Source: Rhizophagus irregularis (lineage: Eukaryota). Taken from it: a stretch of DNA of 64,000 bases. A program made the translations under genes and the position numbers. Location: contig NC_089436.1 of NCBI RefSeq assembly GCF_026210795.1, positions 2,232,001 through 2,296,000 on the forward strand, read 5' to 3'. Below the pieces are notes generated by a model, which made no database searches, had not been told where the DNA came from, and was given only the letters and a program-made list of their open reading frames with translations. Below are positions 27,400 to 39,536 of this stretch, piece by piece (position 1 is the stretch's first letter; each line of letters begins with the position of its first letter).

Positions 27400-28343
27400 A
27401 TGACATTGATGAAATTCTATTTATCATAACAGATTTGTTCGTCCGTCTATAGAACAGAGAATGTTGAGTCCCTCCAGGTACAAGCGATTTACGGTAACTT
27501 TTAATAGCAGGTAAACATTAGAATAATTACAGAAAGTTTCCTTATTTTCTTTATAGCAAAAAAAAAAATAACAACTTCTCTCAAACGATTCACGTTTGAA
27601 GCAACTTTATAGTATCCTACTAATTTTGGTTAGCCTAAAAAGTGGTATTAACACGCTACAGCTTACTTTTTATGAACATAGAAGAAAACCAAGTATTATT
27701 GGAATTAATTCTAGCCAAGATTAATTATTAATTTGAAAATCAATTTCGCGTTATTTATGTAGCTTAGAGTTTGCTGCAATATGATAGCAAATATAATACC
27801 AAACATCGCACATATCCAACCAATCCCGGTTTCTAAAATATCGACAGAACTAACTCTATTACATTAGAATTGTTTCCTTTACGATCTTTCGCCCAGCTTG
27901 AGAAATAACATGATCATTATCAGTAATTGTATCAGATTCGTTTGTTTTCGGAATAGGTAATATTGTATAATATCAAATATAAATCCTGGAGGATTTGTTG
28001 TAAAAGTTAATTCAATATCCAAGAAAAATAAACTTGAATTACGATATTAGCTAATAGTATTAGTTGTATAGGACAAGCAGTTAATATTATTCCCAAACGA
28101 TATTCCCATTTCCACATCATTTTTGGTCAAGTTAGAAAATAAAATCGCGTTAATTTGATGTAATGACACCAAACCATCCATTGAATTTCGACATTCAAAA
28201 CCAATCAAATCCCACTTTACATCAATCTCGTCACCAGGTCTAAATCAATCTCCAGGATAAGGATTACATCAACTCTCTTAACTATTATTGGTAATTTATT
28301 TAAAGCAATAAAGCAATAACACTCTTATTAGAATGAAAAACAT
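27400..28343 (-). pseudogene. Probable decayed secreted/membrane protein gene
   Basis: Hydrophobic start MFFILIRVLLLY; segment PGDEIDVKWDLIGFEC...; hydrophobic IGWICAMFGIIFAIIL; stops and frameshifts; 3' limit uncertain. Confidence 0.4.
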
Positions 28344-28752
28344 TATTTGATATTACGAGAATGGCTGTTAAAAATAAATATAACACAAGGAGATACAAAA
28401 AAACCATTTTGTGAAAATCAAATTTACGCAATTTTAGTTAAATACTAGTTAAATATATAACAGAAATTAGTATCTTTAATTGACATCAAATTATGATGAT
28501 TTCAATTTATCAAAATTTCACCAAATATTTAGTTCATAAATATGATTGGTAAACCATTTACTTTCATAACTTTTAGCATTTGTAACTGCGTTCGGGATTT
28601 TTGGGATTTGAATTTGGGATTGTCATTATTATTTTAATTATTATTTTAAATTAAGAAACTGGGCGAGTTACGTCATATGCTTACTCTGTTACACTAAAAT
28701 TAAAAAAAAAATCATTTTTTCTCTTGATAAAAGTAAAATAAAAATAAAAGGA

Positions 28753-29403
28753 ATGTCACAAATTCAAACAATAAATGAAGAAATAACAAATGAAGATGAT
28801 ATTCAAACACAAATATCTCTTGAACATGATCCATTTTATCAACAAGAGAATCCCTTTTCTCAACAAACCCCACAGTCAATAAAACGACATCGTGTTCGCA
28901 ATAGACCATTTTATCCATCCACAATTCGTATTATATTTGGTCATCTCATTTCAGTTTTTGTCTTTTTAATTCGTCAATTGTTTCGTTCAAATAACCTTCC
29001 TTTTCTCTTGACATTTATTTGGCATTCATTTTCACTAAAAAGGCTTTTATTTTCTTCAAGAAAATATTTAAAAAGATATACTATAAGGAATAATGAAATG
29101 GGTGCATCGCATGCGATTGCTAATGACGTGGTTAAAAGATTAGGTGGTATGAATTCTTCGTTGGCTTTATTAGCTTTATTAGCTTTAACAAGATTTAGCA
29201 AGGATATGGGAGCTCAAAAAGTTTCTTTGTTGGTTTTGGCTACAGCGAATGGTGCACAAACTTGGTTGGATTTTAAATCTTGGAAAAATGGAAGATGGAA
29301 TTGGTCATTCTTAACAGAATCCGGTGGTGGTAATGTTATAATTGCGATCGTTAATATGGTTGCTTATGGCGTTTCTGTTGTAAAAACTAGATCTATTTTA
29401 TAA
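28753..29403 (+). CDS. Hypothetical intronless multi-pass membrane protein (216 aa)
   Basis: Intact 216-codon ORF in very AT-rich DNA; several hydrophobic segments. Confidence 0.75.
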   Translation: MSQIQTINEEITNEDDIQTQISLEHDPFYQQENPFSQQTPQSIKRHRVRNRPFYPSTIRIIFGHLISVFVFLIRQLFRSNNLPFLLTFIWHSFSLKRLLFSSRKYLKRYTIRNNEMGASHAIANDVVKRLGGMNSSLALLALLALTRFSKDMGAQKVSLLVLATANGAQTWLDFKSWKNGRWNWSFLTESGGGNVIIAIVNMVAYGVSVVKTRSIL

Positions 29404-29757
29404 AGGTAATTGTTATAAAGCTATATTTTATTGATCACTAATTTCATAAAGGAAAGACAAATCGTGGGTGGCTTAGCTTTGTGCAGTCAAAGTGATAAGC
29501 GATAAAGTAGGTATAGCATTTATTAATCAAATAACACTTCGGTTTATTTCATATAAAATCTAATTATAACCGCAAAAAATAAATTTTTATAACATATTGA
29601 TTAGTATTAACTTCACCAAGAAGCCAAATAGTCATCGTCTTCTTTCGCACTAATTAAGCATTATAAAAACAGTTTAATACAAAATAGTTGTGGCTTTTTC
29701 ATTTTTCATCTCACTTCCTACTTTATACTAACCACGTGATTCTATACCTTCCTTTTT

Positions 29758-30276
29758 TCACTTTTCTTTCAGTCTCGCATCAATCTTCGTATTAACTGGT
29801 TTACAGTTTTCAACAACTTTATCTAACAATCTTCGAGGGATACATACAACACCATCTAAATTTCCAAATATGATATCTCCAGGTCGAATAACTATTGGTG
29901 GATTAATTTTACCGGATCGTTTAATACTGTTGGACGAATAATAATTATCTTTGGCTGGCAAACTCTGTTCCTTTAGCAAATGCCTGCAAACCGAACATAA
30001 CCGAGAGAAATTTTATCTATAATAAATAAATTAATTTCGAATTTTGGCTAAATCATGAGTACGCCCATTGAGTTAAATATTTCTACTCGCTTCATCGTTT
30101 CCTCCTAATCTTTCATTATGACAAACAACTTCTTGATAAGTAATAACATTCCATTTGCCCCTTTGGCTTTAATGCTTGCAAAATAAATGTAATTTTGAGT
30201 AAAAAAAAAAAAGTTTTTACCAATATACTGTCTATTACTGTTAACCAGTAAAGAATCTATCAATGCATCAGCAACC
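29758..30276 (-). pseudogene. RraA-like / 4-hydroxy-4-methyl-2-oxoglutarate aldolase family fragment
   Basis: IVIRPGDIIFGNLDGVVCIP, KAKGANG and VADAL motifs of the RraA-like family; internal parts missing. Confidence 0.7.
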
Positions 30277-30487
30277 TATAGAAAAATCATATTTGGTTGT
30301 GAAAAAATTTTACATCATCACTTACATCATTAAATTTTTCGTCTAAATTTAATTCTTTCATTTTTTTGTGATTGTAAAGAAAGAGAAAAATTTTATATTA
30401 TATATAAAATTTTCATGAATTTTAGTGAATATTCTTTGATAGAGGCTTTTCTTTTTAGCAGCTTAAATGGCACTGTCTTAAATAACT

Positions 30488-31140
30488 TTGCAAATTTGTT
30501 AAATAATTTTGATCTTTAAATTTTTAATTTGTAAAAAATGAAATCACTGATAATTTGGAATAGGTAACTCCTAAAGAAAATGCTGAACATAATATATTTT
30601 CAAATTACTGTCATATTGCATATTGGAAATATTATTCAGATTTGGGATTCTATTCACCTCACCAATAATGCATTCAAAATTTCAGAATCTTGCATTTCAG
30701 AATGTTATAGTGCAAAAACTTCTGGTAGCTGATATTGAAAGTATTATAAAGATCACATCAAATGAGAAATAGAAAGAAATAGAATTAACTTTACATATAT
30801 ATATATAAGTATATTAAAAGATTGCAAATTTGTTAAATAATTTTGATCTTTAAATTTTTAATTTATAAAAAATAAAATCACTGATAATTTGGAATAGGTA
30901 ACTTCTAAAGAGAATGCTGAATATAATATATTTCCAAATTACCATTATATTAGATCCCAAAAATTTGCATAAAAAATGTTAGATGAAAATGTTATTTAGA
31001 TTTAGAATTCTATCCACTTTATCAATAATGCATTCAAAATTTCAGAATCTTGCATTTTAGAATATTGTAGTGCAAAAACTTTTAGTAAAATATTATAAAA
31101 ATCATATTAATGAAAAATAAAAAGAAAAAGAACTTAATTC
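30488..31140. repeat. Direct duplication of a ~300-bp unit (30488-30790 and 30822-31140)
   Basis: Both start ttgcaaatttgttaaataattttgatctttaaa and stay colinear. Confidence 0.85.
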
Positions 31141-31739
31141 GCAAGAATTTAGAGTTTCATTTTTCAGAAGAATTCAATTAACAAATAGTGAATTTTGTTT
31201 AAAAAAAGAAAAAAAAGAATATGTAAATATTATATTGATAGTAGTATTACTAATAATTTTAATAGTACAATATACTATATATCTTAAGTTTTATAATTTC
31301 AAGGATAATAATAAATACTAATGTTTTATTAAGCAAATTTTTAACAACAATTTTATTTGAGAATTTCTATTTATAGCTAAAAATAATATATAACAAAAAT
31401 TAACTAGTCAAATATGTAAAATGCAATGCTGCAAAATTATATGACTATACACATAACAAAAAGTTTTAGAAAATTTGCAATTTTCAATAAAAGTTTTTAT
31501 TTACTTTATGTTTTTTTATGTTTTTATTTTTAAATAATTTTATTTTATTTAATATGAGTGTGAATAGGAATTTAAAAATAAAAGAAACTGAATGTTAATA
31601 AAAAAATATAAAAAAAAACATTTTAAAATAAATTTACTCATCCTATTAATTCAAAACGCAAGATCAATATTACTTATAAAAGAAAGAATAAAAATTGTTA
31701 AAATTTTTTAAAAAAATGATTTTTTATAAAAAAGTTTTG

Positions 31740-34250
31740 ATACAGTATTTTAAAACTTACTGATTAAAATCTTCAATCCAAGAACTGATACTGATACTTA
31801 CAAAAGAAAGAAAAAAAAATTAATAAAGTTTCTTAAAAAAAAAATTTAAAAAAAAGTTTTAAAGTATTTGCTTCAAAATTTATCAATCTAAAGTCTGAAA
31901 CTAATACTAATATTTACAAAAGAAGTAAAGAAAGTTTAAATAAAATAAAAAGTTTTGAAACTTCACTTTAAACTTTACTGATCAAAGCTTAAGGATCTGC
32001 TAATATTTACAAAGAAAAAAAAAGGTAATAGAATTTCTTAAAAAAAATATTTAAAAAAAGTAATTTCAAAACTTTCACTTTAAAACTTATCTATTAAAAA
32101 TTAAGAACTAAAGCTAATATCTACAAAAAAGAAAAAAAAAAATTTAGAAGCAATTTATCAATTCAAAGCCAAATAACCAAAAGCTGATACTTACAAAAGA
32201 AATAAAAAAAGTTTAAATAAAATTTAAAAAAATTTATTTAAAAAAAAATTTTAAAGTAAAAACTTTGAAACTTACCAATCCAAACTCAAGGACTAGTATT
32301 AATATCTACAAAAACAAATATTTAGTAATATTTCATTTTAAAGATAGAAAAAAAAAATTTAAAGGTTTTTACTTTTGAAAATAAATTTAAAACTGTTTTT
32401 TGATATCCAGAACCTATAAAATATAAAAATAAATATAAGTAACATTTATTAAGATAAAAATATATAAAAAAAATTTGAAGGTAAAGTTTTACCTTTAAAG
32501 CAAAAGTCTGGAGCTATATTTCAATATCCAGAACCTATAAAATATAAAAATGAATGTTTAATAATGTTCATTAAGATAAAATATAAAAAAAAATTTGAAA
32601 GTAAAATTATATCTTTGAAATAAATGTTCAGAGTTATATTTTAGCATTCAGAACCTATAAAGTACAAAAATGAATATAAGTAACGTTAAGATAAAAATAT
32701 ATAAAAAAATTTGAAGGTAATGTTTTACCTTCAACCAGAACTGTATTTTAACATCCAGATTTATAAAATATAAAAATAAATGTTCAGTAAATATTCATTA
32801 AATAAATTAAATTATTCAAAAGTTTTTAATTTTAAAATAAATATTCAGAGTTGTACAGTTGCGTCAGAAAGTAATGCTGATTTGAAAATGAAGACAAATA
32901 CAAATATATTTGTATTTTTTCACCAGTATAAACATTAGTAAAAAATTTATATCTAGTTTGCTTCTCATACTACATTAAATTTTTACAATCCCAAGGTGGC
33001 AGCCTTTCCAAAAACAGAACTATTTAAATTTTCATTTTTTCCTCAGTACAGCTTTAAGTTCTCCTATAGCTCTTGAGAGGAGGTCACACTTCTGGATAAT
33101 ATATTAGTTCGTTTCTAATTGTTCTCTACTTTGTTTAAACCAAATTAATTTGTTGGCAAATCAGTAGTTGCAATTTTATTTAATTTTGGCTGATTTTTGC
33201 TTAAAGATGAAATTGCAATTTTATTTAATTTTGGCTGATTTTTGCTTAAAGATGAAATCTATAATTATCTTGCTACTTGTGATTATCTTGGCATCCAGTA
33301 ATCCGAATTTGGCGAATAAGGACTCATTGGATTCATCTCATCAAGACGAATTGAATAGTGGTCAGTTTATATCTCTAGGATCGATATATGCCAAAATATA
33401 CATTAAAATATATTTTAGACGTTTTGGCCATTATTTCGTGATATATCGATATTATATACATAGGCTGGCTACCATTCGATGCGTCTCAATGAGATTAATC
33501 TAATTTGCACTTTCGATTATCAAAATCGGATTACCGTCATAGCTATTCCCAATTTTATGAAATCCAGAGTTTCAAAAAATTTTTAGGTAAAGTATGTTTG
33601 GAGGTATATCTCGGCATTTATTGAACCTAAAGTCATGATTAAACTAACATTGGACTCGTCTTGATGAGGTGAATCCAATAAGCCTTAATTTGTCAAACTC
33701 TGATCACTGGATGCTGGGATAACTATAGTGATAAATAATTATAACCTCTACCTCGTAAGTAATTGGGCAACAATTTCCAACGCGACTGTACTTTAAATTT
33801 TCCGGAATCTAAAAATATAAAAATGAACATTAATAATATTTGTTAAATAAAAAATATAAAAAAAAATTTCAAAGGTAAAGATTTTACCTTTAAAATAAGA
33901 ATTCAGAGCTGTTCTTTAGCATCCAAGATCTAAAAAATTTGATAAAATGAATGTTTGTTAAATAAAAAATTTAAAAATTTAAAGATTTGGAAATTAATAT
34001 ATCTTTGAATTTCAAAATTATTGACAAGTTCCATTCATAACCTATATAATTTATTTTTTTTAAAAAAAAATAAATTAAGTTTTAGAGGTAAATATACCTC
34101 TGAATTCTAAAATTATCAATAGGTCCTATATATTTGAACTTCATATAATATAAAAAAAATTGGATTAAAAAAATAAATTAAGATTTAAAGGTAAGCATAC
34201 TACCTTCAAATTCTAAAATCATCAATAGATTCTATCTAAAATTTATATAA
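31740..34250 (-). repeat. Tandem arrays of micro-exon/intron units (~30-42-nt exons)
   Basis: Minus-strand units tttgtag|ATATT...GGATTG|gtaag and tttatag|GTTCTGGAT...TTTAAAG|gtaa repeat about every 90-125 bp. Confidence 0.65.
32856..33788. mobile_element. Tc1/mariner-type non-autonomous element (TA TSD)
   Basis: TA|cagttgcgtcagaaa ... tttccaacgcgactg|TA; it splits one micro-exon unit; includes a 45-bp tandem duplication at 33168-33257. Confidence 0.8.
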
Positions 34251-34349
34251 TATAAAAAAGAAAATTATGATTTATCGCATATGCAATTTATCGCTATACT
34301 TCATTTGTCATGTAATTTGATTAGTTTAATTATGTAATAGTCATGGATT

Positions 34350-37300
34350 TATCAGTAAATTTTTTGGTGTATGGATCCGTAGGGATTCCATAAATTGTTA
34401 TAGAATCCTTAGAGATCTGGTATTTTGTGGATTCCTTAAAAATCTCTTAACAAATCTTAAGGATCTTTAAAGATTCTGTAACTTATAGGATCTTTAAGGA
34501 TTCCCAATAAAAAAAAACTTAAGGATTCTTTATTTTTAAAGTTTCGCGTAAAATGATCTACAAATCTGTATTACAAAATCATTTGCAAAACAATTTATTT
34601 AAAGTCATATGACTTGCCAATTAAAAAAAGTTAAAAAAAATATTACTTTTTTATTAGTAGTGAAGCCTTTTCCCCTTTATAATTTCCTTTCTCTTCACAT
34701 GTTATTTCTCTTTTCCCTTTACACGTTTCTTTCCTTCTTCTTTTTAACGTTCTTTCCTTTTCCTTTTTACATATTTCTTTCCTTTCTCTTTTTACACGTT
34801 TCTTTCCTTCCCCTTTATACATTCTTTTCTATACATTCTTTACTTTCCCTTTTTCACGCGTCCTCTTCCCCTTTCTCATATTCTTTCTTTATTTCCTTTG
34901 TTTTTTTTTCCTTTCCATTCTTTTCATGTTAAATAGAATATACCTATTTTTTAGAAAATGACTATTGTAGTATTTTATTTTTCAATTTTCAAATCTTTTT
35001 TTTTAAAAAAAACTTTCAACATTTTTTCTATTTTATAGTCTCTAGCTCCTGCCAATTTCCAGAATTTAAGTGCGTGTATGTGGGTATGACGAAAATTATG
35101 GCAAATGTTAATTATTAAGTAGTAGTTCTTGTACTTTTTGAACATAGCGTTTTTCAGTTAGATATGTTTTTTTATTTTTTTCTTTATTTATTTTAAGTTT
35201 TAACAAACATTATTAAACTTTTTTTTTATTTTTTTTTAGGAATTTTTTGAGTCTCTAGATATGGGAACATAGTGAGTAAAAAAAGCTAAAAATTTTTTTT
35301 ATTTTAACAAACATTTCTAATTGTTCGTTTTCTTTTTATTTAGATGTTAACTAAGTTTTTTATTTTAACAAACATTTTAATTGTTTATTTTTTTATTTTT
35401 TTAGACAGTTTTCTAAGTCTCTAAACGCGAGAAGTCAAGTAAGTAAAACAAATTTTATTTTTTTCAGTTTTTATTTAATGAACATCACTAACTGTTTGTT
35501 ATTTTTCCTTTTCTTTTTTAGGCAGTTTTTAAGTCTTTCTAGATATGGAATACTGGTAAGTAAGAAAGAAAAAAAGTTTTTTCTTTCTGTCTATATTAAT
35601 GAACATTACTAACTGTTTATTGTTCATTATTTATTTTTTCTTTTTTAGGCAGCTTTCAAGTCTTTTAGAAGTGGAATACCGGCAAGTAAGAAAGAAAAAA
35701 ACCAGTTTTTTTTTTGTTTATTTAATGAACTTTACTAACTATTTATTTATTTTTCTTTTTTTTAACTGACCTTTTTTACGGGTATTTGAATAGGTCTAGG
35801 CAAGTAGAAATACTTTATTTTTTTATATATATTATTAACAAACATTTATATTAACTGTTCGTTTTCTTCACTTTTAGGCTATTTTATTAAATCTCTTTGG
35901 TGCAAGTAAAAATTTTTCTGATTTATCTTTATATTAATGAACATTACTAACTGTTCATTTTATTTTCTGTTTTTTAGGAAGTTTTTTGAATCTTTCTGGA
36001 TATTACAGGACGCGTGCCTAGCAAAGACAGAAGAGTAGGAAATGAAACCATTCAGATATTATATTCATAATGAAGTATATGGATAGGGACTATAAGTTAG
36101 TTTTTGCAAAATATTCTCATATTATTTGTAGTAATGCGAAAAATAATAATAAGCTGAAAAGTAAAAAAAAAGAAATTTTCAATTTTATTTTTTCTTAATT
36201 TTAACAAACATTGCTAACCGTTCGTTATTTTTTTTTTATTTTTTTTCAGGCTTTTTTTCATACAGACGGTACATTAAAAGTTATTAAATATAAACTTTAT
36301 AACTGGAAAATTTACATTTAACTGCTTAAAACTCGACACTAAAATGTTGGTTTTTTTAATTTTTTTTTTTTAACAAGACGTTTGCTAACTTTTTTTTTAC
36401 TTATTTTTTTTATAGGTTGTCTGGGTATCAATAAAAGAGTTAATAATTTAAAAAATGGTAAGTTTCATTGAGAAACTTCCCGTTTGTTTCTTTTTTAATA
36501 GAAGTTTAATAATATTTTTTATTTTCATTTTTCAATTTTTTTTATTTAGAATTTTCTTTGTAATCGAAATAGACCTTTTTTTAATTTATCATTATATTTT
36601 ATTAATTTGAAAAAATATGTAATAGTATAGACAAATAAATTAATTAAAAATATATTGATAAATTAAATAAATAAATTAATAATAAATGAGTATAAATCTA
36701 TTGATAAATAAACATATGGGCCGATCCTTGGAATCTAATTTTTTTACACAAAAATAATTTTATTAAAGCAAATATAAATTATCATTTATATAAGAATAAT
36801 AAATTTATACTAGATAATGCAAAAAAAACTAATTAATTATATAATTTTTAATTTTTTTTTAATATAAGATATCATTAAAATTTAAAAGATCAAATATAAC
36901 TCTCATGACAAAATCATTGATAATTCTTCATAGAAATAAGCTATACAAATAAATTTACATTCATTTGAAAGAGAAAATCGAGATCTATCTAATGAATCTA
37001 AAATCAAGTGAATTGAATCACTAGTTGTTCAGTAATCACATTCAGTATATTTATTGAATTTTATCTAAATTTGATCATTAATTACTTCACATGTAGTGAT
37101 TCAATTTGAATGATCTTTGCTCCCTAAGGTGATGCCAACTTTTATCTTTAAAATAAATTTAAAATAATTCATTTAATATATGTAGATGTTTAGAAATCAT
37201 CAATTATATTATTAATATAAAATTTTATAAGTTTGATAAAATCTGATATAAAAAAATTTATTAAATACCTGTAGATGCAAGCTACACGAATGAAATTATA

Positions 37301-38377
37301 TTCATTTGAAAGAGAAAATTGAGGTCTATCTAATAAGCCTAAAATCGAATGAATTGAATCACTGGATTGTGAATAATCACGTCTAATATATTTATTTTTA
37401 ATTTTTAAATTTGATTTGACTTTGATCGTTAATTACGCCTCATCCGGTGATCCAATTTTCCTGATCTTTGATTCTTACGATAGAGCAAATTCTCAGCTTT
37501 CAAATGAATGTAAAATGATGACGTTAGCATATCTCCAGGAATAATAATGCACGATTTTGTCACCTGCATAAAGTCCGATCTGAAAATTTTATTTCTTACC
37601 AAAAAATGCTTTCATAAGAGAATCCCAAATTCTTTTACTTTATTTAAAAGATTTTATTTGCCATTTAAGGATTTTAATAGAATAAATCTAATAAAATAAT
37701 TTTAAAATATAAAAAACAAATATATAATTAGTTATTTTGAAAAAAAAAGAATATCTTATTATTCATTTTACAACTATTTTACATCATAATTATTTTTTAT
37801 TTGCATGTATTTTTTACAAAGAAAAAACAATAAATTAAAGCTAAAAATTATGAAAAAATATATCTTATCTATGTATATAAAATATTAAGTTTTTTCTTTT
37901 ACTTACCACTTAAAAATAACTGCTATATTTGCTTATAAACTTTTTTGTCATATTTAATAAAAGTGAATAGAAAAATAATGGAAAAGTGATGGGCAGTGAT
38001 GGGGAAAAAGAAGTGGTTATTACCGTTATTTTTGAATATTGATTAAAAAAATTTTTTTTATTTTTTATTAAATCTGAGTTACGTAAATATGTAACACATA
38101 TTTAATTTAGATTTGTGTAATGTTAATCTTACTAAAATATTAAATTTTTATAAAAATCTTAATTTAGACTAATTCCAAAAATCGGCACATATGATAAACA
38201 AATATAACAATAAATATCCGTAAGGACTCCTTATTTGCGAACTTAGGATCCTTAAGAATTCTATAAAAAGTTTATGATAGGGAATCCTTGCTGATAGGGA
38301 AGGTTCTTTAAGGATCATTACTAATTACAGGATTTTTGGAATCCCTAGGGATCCACACCCTAAAAAAATTACTGATG
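34350..38377. mobile_element. Non-autonomous CMC/CACTA-like element, ~4 kb, with GGATCC/GATTCC subterminal repeats
   Basis: ~40-bp TIR tatcagtaaattttttggtgtatggatccgtagggattcca / tggaatccctagggatccacaccctaaaaaaattactgatg; TT flanks on both sides. Confidence 0.75.
35200..36480 (+). repeat. Micro-exon/intron tandem array inside the 34350-38377 element
   Basis: Units: aacattactaactg (branch site) - pyrimidine tract - tag|~33-nt exon|gtaagt or gcaagt. Confidence 0.7.
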
Positions 38378-38645
38378 TTTGCATGATCATTTTATTGTAA
38401 TGATGTAAAATAATGTAAATTATACTTTTAATAAATTTTTGATTATTAAATAGATTAGTATTTTTCACGGCTTTTCTTTCTCTCTCTTTCTTAAATATTA
38501 TTTTTTCGTTAATATTGAATATAAATATACTTTTTTTTCATTAATATTGAATGTAAACTACTTTATTTATTACTTTATGGAAAATATAAAAAAAGAATCT
38601 AGCGAAGACATTCAACCCTTAGAATTTACATATAGTATGTATAGT

Positions 38646-39000
38646 TTAGGGTTAGGGTTAGGAATCCTGGACATCTCTTATAGAACTCACAACTAACTTT
38701 TTGCCAAAAAAGATCTAATTTGCTCTTTTTTTTATTTTCCATTTTTTGCGATTATCTTGGTATCTAGTGATCTGATTCATGCAGTTTTTTTTATTTTGTA
38801 GTGCTCAATGAGAGCTACAAAACAAAAAAAATTCATACAAATTGGACCACTGGATGCCAAGATAATCGTAAAAAGCTAAATTTTTTTTTGTGAAATTTAG
38901 GTTAATCTGCGAAAAAGTTGCCACTAAGTTGTATATGTAATGTCCGGGATTCTGTTAGAGTTAGGGTATGTTGGATTAGGGTTTGGATTAGGGTTAAAGT
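38646..39000 (+). repeat. Interstitial degenerate TTAGGG tract interrupted by a MITE
   Basis: ttagggttagggttagg before the MITE; gttagagttaggg..ttaggg..ttagggtt after it. Confidence 0.7.
38661..38953. mobile_element. ~290-bp palindromic MITE with family-A-like termini
   Basis: ggaatcctggacat / atgtccgggattct; homologous to 6830-7083. Confidence 0.85.
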
Positions 39001-39129
39001 TAAGTTAAAATAGTGGATTAATGTTAGTAATGTGAACTTTATAATTTACTAATTAATTATTTTTTTTTTTTAGATGATTGCAATAATATAGGTAACAAAA
39101 TGATCTTATCTAATGAGAATAACCATATA

Positions 39130-39256
39130 TTATTGTATTTGGAAAGGAAGTTTGAATCATGGGAAGCTTGTGAAAATTTTATTAACATGTGGGTCAAGTA
39201 GCAGGACTTTCAGATTATTAAGGATCGTATAGTACGTTTGGAAGGTATCATTAAAG
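39130..39256 (+). pseudogene. FAR1-type (MULE transposase N-terminal) fragment
   Basis: LYLERKFESWEACENFINMWVK*QDFQIIKDR matches the F-x-S-x-E-A...Y/W-A...G-F pattern of the FAR1 domain. Confidence 0.65.
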
Positions 39257-39536
39257 ATGCATGTCATAAATAAAGAATTTTGACATGTTGAAAATGTTGA
39301 AAAAAAATAAACAATTAGTCAATGCAAATCAAAATGGTAAAAAGCCGAAATAAATTTGTCAAGTCAAAATTGGCGAAATTGTCAAAATAATGATTGGCTG
39401 CAAATCATCATTTTTTTGTGATGTAATGATGTGGCTGGCAAAATTGAATATAAATAAATACGTCATAAAATCAAAAAAAATATATTTTTCTTCTTGATTT
39501 CACATGAAATATTATCAAGTATTTTTTTGTTTGAAT

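Noticed and set aside
33168..33503. 111-aa ORF with a hydrophobic N-terminus (small secreted protein?)
   Set aside because: TTG start; made of a 45-bp duplication plus palindromic TE modules inside a MITE.
34609..34932. Phe/Leu/Ser-rich ORF
   Set aside because: Translation of a low-complexity pyrimidine tract.
38646..39000. True telomere
   Set aside because: Short, degenerate and internal to the window.
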